Shown: in pieces, positions 51,316 to 61,255 of the stretch
Layout: each line of letters begins with the position of its first letter
How positions within the stretch are numbered: position 1 is the stretch's first letter
Source of the DNA: an uncultured delta proteobacterium
Lineage (GTDB): Bacteria; Myxococcota_A; UBA9160; SMWR01
Direction of reading: 5' to 3'
Assembly (NCBI GenBank): GCA_963832165.1
Contig: CAWHTE010000011.1
Coordinates: forward strand, 128,001-192,000
Length of the DNA: 64,000 nt
Made by a program: the position numbers and the translations under genes
The notes under the pieces: model-generated
What the model saw: only the letters and a program-made list of their open reading frames with translations
Database searches by the model: none
Told to the model about the DNA's origin: nothing

Positions 51316-53595
51316 GTGCGGATCGCGGCGCTCGCGCTGTTAGCGGCTGACGCTGCCGACTGCGAGCGGCGGCGCGGGGACGCTCGACGTCCTGTCGAAT
51401 CGCCCCGATCTGATCAGCGGCGACGACGTGTTGTCGAGCGTCGTGCTGCCGGACGGGGTCCCGCCGGAGTCGGTCGTCCTGACTCTCGATGGCGCGCCCG
51501 CGCAGAAGCCGCGGCCGGCGTCGATGCGGCGGGCCGCTATCTCGCGCGCGTCACGGGCCTCGCGCTGGGCGCGAACGTGCTCGCGGTGCAGCTGCCGGGC
51601 GACATCGAGGCCAGCGTCGAGATCGTGAACCACCCCAACGGCGGCCCGGTGTTCTCGGGTCCGCAGATCCAGCCGTGGACCTGCCAGGCCGGCGCAGTCG
51701 ATGCGCAGTGCAACCAGCCGGCCGAGTACACGCTGCTGTACAAGTCGACGAGCCTCCTCGTCACCGATCTCCAGCCCTACGACCCCGAGAACCCGCCGTC
51801 CGACCTCGCGAGCACGACGACGGACGAGGGCGTCACGCTGCCGTTCATCGTGCGCCAGGAGCGCGGCTACCAGGACCGCGACGAGTACAAGATCCTCACG
51901 CTGTTCCGACCCGGCCAACCCTGGGAGCCCTGGGCACCGCAGGACCAGTGGAACCACAAGGTGCTCGTCACGCACGGCGGCGGATGCGGTGGCGACTACT
52001 CGCCCGGCGGCGCGCCGCTCGAAGACTTCGCGGGCACGGTTCCGATCGCCGTGGCCGAGCAGAGCTACATCGCCGCTCTCGGGCGCGGCTTTGCCGTGAT
52101 GTCGACGGCGCTCGACAACAACGGACACAACTGCAACATCGCCGTGCAGGCCGAGTCGCTGATGATGGCGAAGGAGCGCCTGGTCGAGCACTACGGCCCA
52201 CTCCGCTACACGATCGGCACGGGCTGCTCGGGCGGCGCGCTCGTGCAGCAGCAGATATCGAACGCCTATCCGGGCATCTACCAGGGCCTGCTCACGACCT
52301 GCGCCTATCCCGACACGTTCAGCGCGGGCGCGCAGTTCGCCGACTACCACATGCTGCGCACCTACTTCGAGGATCCGTCGAAGTGGGCCCTCGACGCGGT
52401 GTGGCTGCCGACGCAGTTCGCCGACGTCGAAGGGCATCTCTCCCATCTGAATGCGATTGCGGCCGACGAGCTGCTGTTCAAGGCCGCCACCAACCCGGAG
52501 GGCGACTGCGTCTCCTCCGAGCTCGCCTACGACTCCGAGACGAATCCAGGGGGCGTGCGCTGCGGGATCCTGGACTACCTGCTCACGATCCTCGGGCCGC
52601 GGCCGCCCGAGGTGTGGTCGCCCAACGAGCAGCTGCTCGGCCGCGGCTTCGGCGGTTCGTTCCTCGACAACGTGGGCATCCAGTACGGGCTCGAGGCGCT
52701 GCGAAGTCTCAAGATCACACCGGCCCAGTTCGTGGACCTGAACGTCAAGATCGGCGGAGTCGACATCGACATCCAGCCGAGCCCCATCCGAATCCACGCG
52801 GACTCGCCCGCGCTCACGAACGCCTACCGCAGCGGCTCGATCAACGACGGCAGCCACATGGACACCGTCGCGATCATCAACGCGACGGGGGCCGATCCCG
52901 GCATCGCCCACGACTCGCTCCACACCTTCTGGATGCGCTGGCGGCTCGACCGCGAACAAGGCCATCACGACAACCACGTGATCTGGGAAGGTCCGGCGCC
53001 GCTGATCGGCGACGTGAACTACGCCGTCCAGTCGCTCGTCGCGATGGACCGCTGGCTCTCGGAGATCGAGCTGGACACGAGCGACACGCTGCTCTCGCAG
53101 AAGATCGTCTATCACAAGCCCGCCGACATCCACGATCAGTGCAGCGACGGTCTCGGCCAGAAGCTGTTCGACGGCCTGTGCCCCGAAACCCTGGTCCCCG
53201 TCTACGGCACACCGCGCACCGTGGCGGGCGACGTCGACACGGCCGACACGATGAAGTGTCAGCTCAAGCCGCTGAACCGCAGCGACGACTACGGCCCGCT
53301 CGGGGCGCTCACGTTCACGGACGACCAGTGGGCGCAGCTCGAGGCGGCCTTCCCCGAAGGCGTGTGCGACTACACCCAGCCGGCCGTGGGCGTGCAGCAG
53401 ACCGTCACCTGGCTGAAATACGGGGACGAGAACGGCGACGTGATCTACGGCGGGACGCCATTGCCGGGCGCGCCGATCGCCCCGGGCTGGGTCAGCGAGG
53501 CGTTCTCCCTGCCGGAGCCGGGCCAGCCCGCGCTGCTAGGCGCGGGAATCGCGCTGCTCGTGGTCCTCGCGCGCCGCCGCGCCGGATCGCGGTGA
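51316..53595 (+). CDS. Secreted tannase-like alpha/beta hydrolase (DUF6351-like) with PEP-CTERM tail; 5' end frameshifted
   Basis: HGGGC, GCSGG nucleophile; LSNRPDLISGDD lies in a shifted frame; C-terminal LPEP + TM + RRR. Confidence 0.75.
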   Translation: MRIAALALLAADAADCERRRGDARRPVESPRSDQRRRRVVERRAAGRGPAGVGRPDSRWRARAEAAAGVDAAGRYLARVTGLALGANVLAVQLPGDIEASVEIVNHPNGGPVFSGPQIQPWTCQAGAVDAQCNQPAEYTLLYKSTSLLVTDLQPYDPENPPSDLASTTTDEGVTLPFIVRQERGYQDRDEYKILTLFRPGQPWEPWAPQDQWNHKVLVTHGGGCGGDYSPGGAPLEDFAGTVPIAVAEQSYIAALGRGFAVMSTALDNNGHNCNIAVQAESLMMAKERLVEHYGPLRYTIGTGCSGGALVQQQISNAYPGIYQGLLTTCAYPDTFSAGAQFADYHMLRTYFEDPSKWALDAVWLPTQFADVEGHLSHLNAIAADELLFKAATNPEGDCVSSELAYDSETNPGGVRCGILDYLLTILGPRPPEVWSPNEQLLGRGFGGSFLDNVGIQYGLEALRSLKITPAQFVDLNVKIGGVDIDIQPSPIRIHADSPALTNAYRSGSINDGSHMDTVAIINATGADPGIAHDSLHTFWMRWRLDREQGHHDNHVIWEGPAPLIGDVNYAVQSLVAMDRWLSEIELDTSDTLLSQKIVYHKPADIHDQCSDGLGQKLFDGLCPETLVPVYGTPRTVAGDVDTADTMKCQLKPLNRSDDYGPLGALTFTDDQWAQLEAAFPEGVCDYTQPAVGVQQTVTWLKYGDENGDVIYGGTPLPGAPIAPGWVSEAFSLPEPGQPALLGAGIALLVVLARRRAGSR

Positions 53596-54042
53596 TTCCG
53601 CCTCCAGCAGGACCTTGAGCCGCACGAACGTCTCGCGGTGGGCGGCCTCGGCCTGCCGGTGCGCATAGCCGACGAGGAGCAGCGGCGCCTTCAGCAGCAC
53701 CTCCTCGTGCACGAGCGTTCCGCCCGCGGACGAGGACGTGATGCGGTAGCGCGTGTGCACCTCGATGCCCGGAGACTGCCACGCCGCCGCGAGGATCAGG
53801 TCGGGCGCGAACGGGTCGAGCTCGGCGACGTAGTGGATGCGGAACGCGAGTGGTCCGAGGTGCATCCGGTCGGTGACGCGGTAGCGCCGCACGGTGGGTC
53901 GCCCGGGATGCCGCGGCAGATCCTCGATGCGCTCGATCAGCGGATGGAGGTCGCGGTGGCGGTGCAGATCGGCGAGGAAGGCGTGGACGACCTCGGGCGC
54001 GACGCGGATCTCGATCGCCTGCTCGAAGCTTCGTTCGGCCAT
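53536..54042 (-). CDS. SRPBCC (polyketide cyclase-like) family protein
   Basis: IRVAPEVVHAFLAD, LHPLI, GGTLVHE. Confidence 0.75.
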   Translation of the reverse strand: MAERSFEQAIEIRVAPEVVHAFLADLHRHRDLHPLIERIEDLPRHPGRPTVRRYRVTDRMHLGPLAFRIHYVAELDPFAPDLILAAAWQSPGIEVHTRYRITSSSAGGTLVHEEVLLKAPLLLVGYAHRQAEAAHRETFVRLKVLLEAESPRSGAAAREDHEQRDSRA

Positions 54043-54083
54043 GCGGGTCTGGAAGGTAGGCAGCCGTCCGGAATTCCAGCGGG

Positions 54084-54139
54084 TTGACTCCCGACCGATC
54101 GGTCGGTTAAGTTGAAGACCCGACCGACCGATTGGTCGG
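54084..54139 (+). promoter_or_regulatory. Promoter with two 16-bp TetR operators
   Basis: TTGACT (54084) - N17 - TTAAGT; the spacer carries the perfect palindrome CCGACCGATCGGTCGG (54091-54106); second copy CCGACCGATTGGTCGG (54124-54139). Confidence 0.8.
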
Positions 54140-54163
54140 GAATCCGATCGCCGGAGGACCCGT

Positions 54164-54787
54164 TTGGCCGAGGCCCCGAGCTCGCGCGACAAGATCCTCG
54201 ACGTCGCAGAGGCGCTGTTCGCGCGCCGCGGCTTTGCCGGGATCGGCCTGCGCGAGGTGGCCGATGCGTCGGGCCTCGCCAAGGCGTCGCTGTTCCACCA
54301 CTTCCGCGGCAAGGAGCAGCTCTACCACGAAGTGATCCTGCGCGTACTGCTGCGGATCCGCGACCGCTTCGAGGCGAACCTCGTTCCCGACGACTCTCCG
54401 CGCGAGCAGCTCGAGCGCTGGCTCGAAGAGCTGATCGATGTGCTCGCCGAGCATCCGACCGTCGCGCGCCTGTTGTTGCGCAGCCTGTTCGAGGAGGAGG
54501 ACGCGCTCGCGCCCGAGGCGGAGGCCTGCGAGGCGCAGCTGGCGTCGATCATCGCCGATGCGGAGCGGCTGATCCGCCGCGGCATCGAGTGCGGCGAGCT
54601 GCGCCGCGTATCCACACCCCACACGCTCCTGACCGTGATGGGAGCCACCGTCTTCTATTTCGCCTCGGCGGAGATGGGCGAGCAGATTCTCGGCCGCCCG
54701 CTCTTCGCCGCGGAAGAAGTTGCCCGGCGCAAGCGCGAAGTCATCGGGCTCTTGCGCCACGGTTTGTTCGTTCACGCGCCCGACTAA
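54164..54787 (+). CDS. TetR/AcrR family regulator
   Basis: ILDVAEALFARRGF, LREVADASGLAKASLFHHFRGKEQL. Confidence 0.93.
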   Translation: MAEAPSSRDKILDVAEALFARRGFAGIGLREVADASGLAKASLFHHFRGKEQLYHEVILRVLLRIRDRFEANLVPDDSPREQLERWLEELIDVLAEHPTVARLLLRSLFEEEDALAPEAEACEAQLASIIADAERLIRRGIECGELRRVSTPHTLLTVMGATVFYFASAEMGEQILGRPLFAAEEVARRKREVIGLLRHGLFVHAPD

Positions 54788-54803
54788 TGGGAAAGGACCT
54801 GAC

Positions 54804-55877
54804 ATGGACAAGTTGATCCAGGAACACCGCAAGCGATTCGGAGAGTTCGAGGTGATCGATTTCGTCGACGAGCAGAAGCTCGCCGGGCTGCGCGATCAGC
54901 TCGATCTCGACGTTCCGCTCGGCCTGAACTGGACGTGGAACTACGGCAGCGAGGTCGCCGAGCTGCGCAACCTGTACGAGAAGGGAAAGGTCAACCAGTG
55001 GAATGCGGAGACCGACCTCGACTGGTCGATCCCGATCTCCAAGGACGAGTTCATCGTCAACCCCGAGCTATCGCTGCTCGCGCAGGCCACCAAGCTCATG
55101 GGCAAGGACGAGGCCACCCAGAAGGCGGCCGCGTTCGACGAGATCAACTACCTGCTCTCGCAGCTGCTACACGGCGAGCAGGCCGCGCTGCAGCTGTGCG
55201 GTCAGCTCACCAACGTCTGCGACAAGATGGACGAGAAGTGGTACGCCGCGAGCCAGGTGATCGACGAGGCGCGCCACATCGAGGCGTTCGCGAAGTTCAT
55301 GCAGCGCAAGATGGGCACGATCTATCCGATCGGCGGCACGCTCAAGGTGCTGCTCGACATCCTGCTGCAGGCCGAGAGCGCGCAGAAGAAGACGCTCGGC
55401 ATGCAGACGCTGTTCGAGGGCATGGCCGTCGGCATCATGGACTTCATGCGCAGCCAGTCGCGCACGCCGCTGCTCACGGAGCTCCTGCGCCGCGTCGAGC
55501 AGGACGAGTCGCGCCATGCCGCGTTCGGCGTGCTCATGATGCGCCGCGTGGTGCGCGAGGCGACCACCGACGAGAAGAACGAGCTCGAGGACTGGGCGTT
55601 CTCGATCCTCGAGGCGCTCAACGCGAACCAACAGCTCGACATGCTGCACCAGCTCGGGCCGAAGTACGACATCGACGCCGAGCAGATCACGCGCGCGTTC
55701 CTCGGGATGGAGCAGTGGGCCACCGTCAACAGCATCCCGTTCATGCACACGGTGATCCCGAACCTGCGCAATCTCGGCTTGATCACCGAGCGCACGCAGG
55801 GCGAGTGGCGGCGCGTCGGCATGATGATCGACAGCGCGCCCGGCGTGAAGGGAACGCCGGCGGTGGCCGCTAGCTGA
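54804..55877 (+). CDS. Ferritin-like diiron-carboxylate protein (AurF-like)
   Basis: LHGEQAAL, DEARH, FEGMA, DESRH. Confidence 0.85.
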   Translation: MDKLIQEHRKRFGEFEVIDFVDEQKLAGLRDQLDLDVPLGLNWTWNYGSEVAELRNLYEKGKVNQWNAETDLDWSIPISKDEFIVNPELSLLAQATKLMGKDEATQKAAAFDEINYLLSQLLHGEQAALQLCGQLTNVCDKMDEKWYAASQVIDEARHIEAFAKFMQRKMGTIYPIGGTLKVLLDILLQAESAQKKTLGMQTLFEGMAVGIMDFMRSQSRTPLLTELLRRVEQDESRHAAFGVLMMRRVVREATTDEKNELEDWAFSILEALNANQQLDMLHQLGPKYDIDAEQITRAFLGMEQWATVNSIPFMHTVIPNLRNLGLITERTQGEWRRVGMMIDSAPGVKGTPAVAAS

Positions 55878-57886
55878 CACGGCGAGCGCTGATCGCCGGT
55901 GCGCTGCTCGCACTCGCGTGCGGGCGCGGCGGTGGGGATGTGCCTGGCGACTGGCCCGTGCACGGCCGTTCGCCGGGCGAGCAGCGCTACAGCCCGCTCG
56001 CCGAGGTCGACGAGCACAACGTCGCGCAGCTCGGGCTCGCGTGGAGCTACGCGACCGGCACGAACCGAGGACTCGAGGCCACGCCGATCGTCGAGGACGG
56101 TGTGCTCTACGCGACGGGCTCGTGGAGCGTCGTGTTCGCGCTCGACGCGCGCACGGGGCGCGAGCTCTGGCGCTTCGACCCGCACGTCGCGGGCGAGGTC
56201 GGCGCGCGCGCGTGCTGCGACGTCGTGAATCGCGGCGTCGCACTGCACGCGGGGCGCGTCTATCTCGGCGCGCTCGACGGGCGCCTGTTCGCGCTCGACG
56301 CGGAGACAGGGGCCGTGGTCTGGCAGGTGCAGACCACCGATCCCGCGCTGCCCTACACGATCACGGGTGCACCGCGCATCGTGAAAGGGAAGGTGGTGAT
56401 CGGCAACGGCGGCGCCGACATCGGCGTGCGCGGCTACGTGTCCGCCTACGACGCCGAGACGGGTGCGCTCGCGTGGCGCTTCTACACGGTTCCCGGCGAT
56501 CCCGCGCAGCAGCCCGAGTCGCCCGCGCTCGCGAAGGCGCTACCCACGTGGCAGGGCGGCGAGTGGTGGAAGGTGGGCGGCGGCGGAACGGTGTGGGACT
56601 CGCTCGCGTACGACGCGGACCTCGACCTGCTCTACGTGGGCACCGGCAACGGCGGGCCGTGGACGCCGCGCCTGCGCAGCCGCGGCGACAACTTGTATCT
56701 GTCGTCGATCCTGGCGCTGCGCCCCGACACGGGCGAGCTGGTCTGGCACTACCAGACGACGCCGGGCGATCAGTGGGATTACACCGCGACGCAGCACATG
56801 ATCCTCGCGGAGCTCGAGATCGCCGGTCGCACGCGCCGCGTGCTCATGCAGGCGCCGAAGAACGGCTTCTTCTACGTGCTCGACCGCGAAACCGGCGAGC
56901 TGCTCTCGGCCGCGCCCTACGTTCCGGTGACGTGGGCGCAGCGCGTCGACCTCGCGAGCGGCCGGCCGGTCGAGGCGTCCGGCGCGCGCTACCGCGCTGA
57001 AAAGGTCTCGGTGCTGTCGCCGGGCCCGGTCGGCGGGCACAACTGGCAGCCGATGTCGTTCCATCCCGGCACCGGGCTCGTGTACATCCCCGCGCTCGAG
57101 ATGCCGTTCGCGTTCCGCGACGATCTCGACTTCGAGCTGCGCGCCAATCAGATGAACGCGGGCGTCGACGCGCTCGCGGGCGCGAAATCGATGGTCTCGG
57201 GGCGGATCGTCGCAGCGCTCGTCGCGTGGGATCCGGTGCGGCAGCGCGAGGCGTGGCGCGTCGAGCATCCGCACGTGATGAACGGCGGCACGCTCGCGAC
57301 CGCGGGCAACCTGGTGTTCCAGGGAACCGGGCGCGGCACGTTCGCCGCCTATCGCGCCAGCGACGGCGAGCGGCTGTTCGAGGCGCGCACGGGTACCGGC
57401 GTGATCGCGCCGCCGATCACCTACACCGTCGGCGGCGAGCAGTACGTCTCGGTGCTCGCGGGATTGGGCGGCGGTCTCGCGCTCGCGAGCGCCGATCCGC
57501 CGCCCGATACGCTCGCGACCGGAAATGCGGGCCACGTGCTCGCGTGGAAGCTCGGCGGAAAGGCCTCGCTCCCCGAGCCCGTGGACTGGCATCCGACGCC
57601 GATCACAGCGATCGACGAGCCGCTCGTTTCCGAGCGCGTCGCGCGCGGCGAGCGGACCTTCTTCCGCTACTGCGCCTCGTGCCACGGACCCGCTGCGATC
57701 GGGGGTGGCACGCTGCCCGATCTGCGCCGCTCGTCTCCGGGCGTCTACGAAGATCTCGCGGGCATTCTGGTGTCGGGCAGCCGACTCGCGCGCGGCATGC
57801 CCCGATTCGACTTCTTCACGGCCGAGGACGTGGCCGACGTGCGCGCCTATCTGCTCTCGCGTCGCGCCGAAATCGCGGCGCATTGA
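55874..57886 (+). CDS. Quinohemoprotein (PQQ + heme c) alcohol dehydrogenase, lipoprotein (start CTG 55874 or GTG 55940)
   Basis: EATP, vicinal CC, W-motifs, WDYT, APKNG, GGHNW, CASCHG. Confidence 0.93.
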   Translation: MTRRALIAGALLALACGRGGGDVPGDWPVHGRSPGEQRYSPLAEVDEHNVAQLGLAWSYATGTNRGLEATPIVEDGVLYATGSWSVVFALDARTGRELWRFDPHVAGEVGARACCDVVNRGVALHAGRVYLGALDGRLFALDAETGAVVWQVQTTDPALPYTITGAPRIVKGKVVIGNGGADIGVRGYVSAYDAETGALAWRFYTVPGDPAQQPESPALAKALPTWQGGEWWKVGGGGTVWDSLAYDADLDLLYVGTGNGGPWTPRLRSRGDNLYLSSILALRPDTGELVWHYQTTPGDQWDYTATQHMILAELEIAGRTRRVLMQAPKNGFFYVLDRETGELLSAAPYVPVTWAQRVDLASGRPVEASGARYRAEKVSVLSPGPVGGHNWQPMSFHPGTGLVYIPALEMPFAFRDDLDFELRANQMNAGVDALAGAKSMVSGRIVAALVAWDPVRQREAWRVEHPHVMNGGTLATAGNLVFQGTGRGTFAAYRASDGERLFEARTGTGVIAPPITYTVGGEQYVSVLAGLGGGLALASADPPPDTLATGNAGHVLAWKLGGKASLPEPVDWHPTPITAIDEPLVSERVARGERTFFRYCASCHGPAAIGGGTLPDLRRSSPGVYEDLAGILVSGSRLARGMPRFDFFTAEDVADVRAYLLSRRAEIAAH

Positions 57887-57914
57887 CGCCATCGGCGGGT
57901 ATAAAATGGAGCGC

Positions 57915-58304
57915 ATGGCCGATACCGACCGCACCGCTCGCGCCGAGGCGCTCCTCGACAAGATCTTCACGCCCGCGTGGCGAGAGCACGAGGGCGGCGT
58001 AGCATGGCCGAGCGAGGCCGGGCTCGACTTCGCGCGCATCTGCGTCGAGCACTGCTATGCCGACGCGTGGGCGCGCGAGGGAGCGCTCGACCTCAAGACG
58101 CGCAGTCTCGTCACGCTCACCGCGCTCGCGGCCCTCGGCAGCACCGAAGAGATCAAGCTCCACGTGCGCGGCGCGCTCTCGCTCGGCCATGCGCCCGACG
58201 ACGTGGTCGAGCTGTTCATCCACCTGATCCCGTATCTGGGTGTCCCGCGCATGGTGGCGGCGATGCGCAGCGCGGGAGAGGTGCTGCGCGAGGCCCGCAC
58301 ATGA
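57915..58304 (+). CDS. Carboxymuconolactone decarboxylase family protein
   Basis: WAREGALDLKTRSLVTL, LHVRGAL, PYLGVP. Confidence 0.88.
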   Translation: MADTDRTARAEALLDKIFTPAWREHEGGVAWPSEAGLDFARICVEHCYADAWAREGALDLKTRSLVTLTALAALGSTEEIKLHVRGALSLGHAPDDVVELFIHLIPYLGVPRMVAAMRSAGEVLREART

Positions 58305-59509
58305 CCGGCGCGAGCGACCTTCCCGAGCTCCACTTCGACGAGCGCTTCTTCCGCGATCCGCACGGCACGGTGGCGCCGCTGTTCGCCGCGGGTGCGCGCG
58401 CGGCGTGCGTGCCCGAGCTCGGCACCGTGTTCTTCCTGCGCTACGCCGACGTGATGGAGGCGCTGCTCGACCGGCGCTTCGGCGCGATCGGCGCGCGCTA
58501 CTACGAGCAACAGGGCTGGTCCGAGGGGGCGTACATCGACTGGGTGCGACGCACCGTGGTGTTCCTCGACCCGCCCGACCACGACCGGCTGCGCGCACTG
58601 CTCGCGCGCGCGTTCACCCCGCGCCAGGTGGCGCGCGTGCGGCCGCTCACCGAAGAGCTCGCGAACGAGCTGCTCGACGCCGCGCTCGAGGCGCGCGCGG
58701 TGGATCTCTACGACGCATTCGCACAGCGGCTGCCGCTCCAGGTGATCTGCGGCCTGCTCGCGATTCCGAGCATCGACCACCACGCGGTCGGCGAGTGGAC
58801 GGCCGCGCTCTCGCTGGCGACCGCGACGCCGACTCCGGACGCGCGCGTGGGCGCCGATCGCGCGATTCTCGCGTTCGACGATTACGTGAGTCGCATGATC
58901 GCGGAGCGCCGCGCGCAGCCCGGAGACGATCTGCTCTCGGAGCTGATCGCCGCGGAAGAGGGCGGAGATCGCCTCTCGAAGGACGAGCTCGTGGCGATGG
59001 TGGTGCAGATGCTCTACGCGGGGCACGAAACCACGCGCAACCTGATCGGCAATGGCCTGTTCACGCTGCTCCAACATCCCGACGAGCTCGCGCGCCTGCG
59101 CGCGGAGCCCGAGCTGCTCACGGGCGCGGTCGAGGAGATGCTGCGCTTCGAACCACCCATCATCTTCATCTCGCGCGTGGCGCGCGCGGACATCGACTGC
59201 GCGGGCGTGGCTGTGCGCAAGGACGATCTCGTGCACTTCGGGATCGCCTCGGCCAACCGCGACCCCGAGCGCTTCGCGGCTCCCGACCGCTTCGAGGTCG
59301 GCCGCGACGAAGTGCGCAACCTCTCGTTCGGCTGGGGCATGCACTTCTGCCTCGGCGCGAGCATCGCGCGCATGGAGGGGCGGGTGGCGTTCGAGGCGCT
59401 GCTCGCGCGCACCGCGAAGATCGAGTGGGCGGGCCCGCCTGCGACCTGGGCGCCCGCGACCGCGCTGCGCACGCTCGAGGCGTTCCCGGTCGAGCTCGTT
59501 CCGCGCTAG
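58301..59509 (+). CDS. Cytochrome P450
   Basis: DPPDHDRLR, AGHETT, EEMLR, FGWGMHFCLG. Confidence 0.96.
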   Translation: MTGASDLPELHFDERFFRDPHGTVAPLFAAGARAACVPELGTVFFLRYADVMEALLDRRFGAIGARYYEQQGWSEGAYIDWVRRTVVFLDPPDHDRLRALLARAFTPRQVARVRPLTEELANELLDAALEARAVDLYDAFAQRLPLQVICGLLAIPSIDHHAVGEWTAALSLATATPTPDARVGADRAILAFDDYVSRMIAERRAQPGDDLLSELIAAEEGGDRLSKDELVAMVVQMLYAGHETTRNLIGNGLFTLLQHPDELARLRAEPELLTGAVEEMLRFEPPIIFISRVARADIDCAGVAVRKDDLVHFGIASANRDPERFAAPDRFEVGRDEVRNLSFGWGMHFCLGASIARMEGRVAFEALLARTAKIEWAGPPATWAPATALRTLEAFPVELVPR

Positions 59510-59570
59510 CGCGCTCGGGCCTGCGTCTGCTGCCCACCCACGCTACGGTGCACCGCCCGGAGGAGGCCCC

Positions 59571-60029
59571 ATGATTCTCGGTGTTCATCATCCCGCGCTG
59601 GCCGTGCCCGACATCCAGAAGGCGCTCGACTTCTACTGCGGCGTGCTCGGATTCAAGGAGGTCATGACGGCGGAGCTTCCGTCGGGCATCCCGCCGATCA
59701 ACGCCGCGTTCGGCGTGCCCGACGCGGGCTGCAAGGTGCGCATGATCAAGAAGGGCAACTCGTGCATCGAACTGTTCGAGTTCAAGTCGGGCCAGCCGGG
59801 GGATCCGAAGCGTCCGGTGACACTCGGCGGGATCACCCACTTCGCGCTCGTGAGCGACGACATCGCGAAGGACTACGATCACCTCGCCGCGAATGGCGTC
59901 ACGTTCAACGCGGCGCTGTTCGGCGGAGCGCCGGCGCGCTTCGCGTACGGCCGCGACCCGTTCGGCAACGTGATCGAGCTGCTCGAGCACGCGCCGAACT
60001 CTCCGTCGGGGCTCCGCTTCGAGGACTAG
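59571..60029 (+). CDS. VOC (glyoxalase/epimerase) family protein
   Basis: HHPALAVPD, IELFEF, THFAL, RDPFGNVIEL. Confidence 0.9.
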   Translation: MILGVHHPALAVPDIQKALDFYCGVLGFKEVMTAELPSGIPPINAAFGVPDAGCKVRMIKKGNSCIELFEFKSGQPGDPKRPVTLGGITHFALVSDDIAKDYDHLAANGVTFNAALFGGAPARFAYGRDPFGNVIELLEHAPNSPSGLRFED

Positions 60030-60034
60030 CGAAT

Positions 60035-60067
60035 GGCGGGATCCGCCTTCGGCTTCTCCCGCCCTAC
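60035..60067 (-). repeat. GTAG-type REP (family A)
   Basis: Identical 33-mer to 46288-46320; between convergent genes. Confidence 0.9.
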
Positions 60068-60070
60068 GGC

Positions 60071-60388
60071 TCAGTGCCCGGGGCGTTTCACGTCCACGAA
60101 CACCTGACCCGCGCGCACCTCGACCGCAAACGAGGTCAGGCACGCGAGCGTCCTCTGGATGCCGCTTCCGCTCGCCACGTCGAACTGCCACTCGTGACGC
60201 GAGCACGTGAGCACGCGCCCGCGCAGCGTGCCCTCGGAGAGCAGCACTCCTGCATGGGGGCAGGCGTCCTCGTAGGCGACCACGCGCTCTCCGAGCCGCA
60301 CGACGAATACGCTGGTGCCGCCGATCTCGCACGGATAGAGCTCTCCTTCCGAGAGCACCGCAAGAAAGGCTACGGGTTCGAACGCCAT
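60071..60388 (-). CDS. Rieske [2Fe-2S] ferredoxin
   Basis: CPH...LSEG...CSRH ligands. Confidence 0.88.
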   Translation of the reverse strand: MAFEPVAFLAVLSEGELYPCEIGGTSVFVVRLGERVVAYEDACPHAGVLLSEGTLRGRVLTCSRHEWQFDVASGSGIQRTLACLTSFAVEVRAGQVFVDVKRPGH

Positions 60389-60391
60389 GGA

Positions 60392-61255
60392 TCAGTCTCC
60401 TTTCGCCGACTGCCACTCCGGATCGCCGCGCAGCCGGAAGCAACACGACCCGCTCCCTCCGAACCGCTCGAAGCGGTCGTCGAGGAAGTCGGTCGATTCG
60501 GCGGCGCCGAGCACGAGCGCGCCGCCGGGCCGCAGCACGTTCGCGACCCTCCCGAGCACCTCGCGCTTCGTGGACATGTCCCAGTAGATCATCACGTTGC
60601 GCAGCAGCACGACGTCGGCGCGTGCGATCGGAGTCGCGTCGTTGGTCAGGTTGAACTGGAGCAGCTCCACCCGCTCGCGGATCGCCTTCTCGAGCACCCA
60701 GGCGCCGTCGCGCTGATCGAAGTGGCGGACCAGCGCGGCGCTGGGCAGCCCGCGGTTGACCTCGAATTGCGTGTAGCAGCCGGCCGCGGCGCGCTCGAGA
60801 TGGGCTTGCGACAGATCGGTCGCGAGGATCCGCACCTTCCAGGTGGCGAGCTCCGCGAAGTGGTCGCGGAGCAGCATCGCGAGGCTGTAGGGCTCCTGGC
60901 CGGTCGAGCACGCGGCGCTCCAGAAGTCGAGCCTCTTGACGTTGCGACGCCGCTCGATCAATCCGGGCAGCACGTCGCTGCGCAGCGCAGAGAAGCAGTC
61001 GAAGTCGCGGAAGAAGTTCGTCTCGCCGTTGAGCAGCGCCTCGACGATCGTGCGCTCGAGCTCGCGCGTGGGCGCGCTGCGCAGCCGCGCGTCGAGCTCG
61101 GCGACGCCCTTGATCTCGAGCGCCGCCACGAGCTTCGCGAGGCGCGACTCGATCAGGTAGTCCTTGTCCGGCCCGACCACGACGCCCGCGCTGCGCTTCG
61201 CGAGGTCGCGGATCGCGAGATAGTGGGGCTTCGCGCTCGCCGCGGTCTTCGACAT
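60392..61255 (-). CDS. cheR: Chemotaxis methyltransferase CheR
   Basis: ETNFFRD, WSAACSTGQEPYSLAM, ATDLS, RNVMIY. Confidence 0.95.
   Translation of the reverse strand: MSKTAASAKPHYLAIRDLAKRSAGVVVGPDKDYLIESRLAKLVAALEIKGVAELDARLRSAPTRELERTIVEALLNGETNFFRDFDCFSALRSDVLPGLIERRRNVKRLDFWSAACSTGQEPYSLAMLLRDHFAELATWKVRILATDLSQAHLERAAAGCYTQFEVNRGLPSAALVRHFDQRDGAWVLEKAIRERVELLQFNLTNDATPIARADVVLLRNVMIYWDMSTKREVLGRVANVLRPGGALVLGAAESTDFLDDRFERFGGSGSCCFRLRGDPEWQSAKGD

Noticed and set aside
55874..57886. Lanthanide-dependent alcohol dehydrogenase
   Set aside because: The active-site segment is WDYT, lacking the extra Asp (D-x-D) of XoxF/ExaF/PedH; it fits a Ca-type quinohemoprotein.
57883..57907. Internal sigma70 promoter TTGACG...TATAAA before the CMD gene
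   Set aside because: The spacer is only 11-13 nt, too short for a standard -35/-10 pair.
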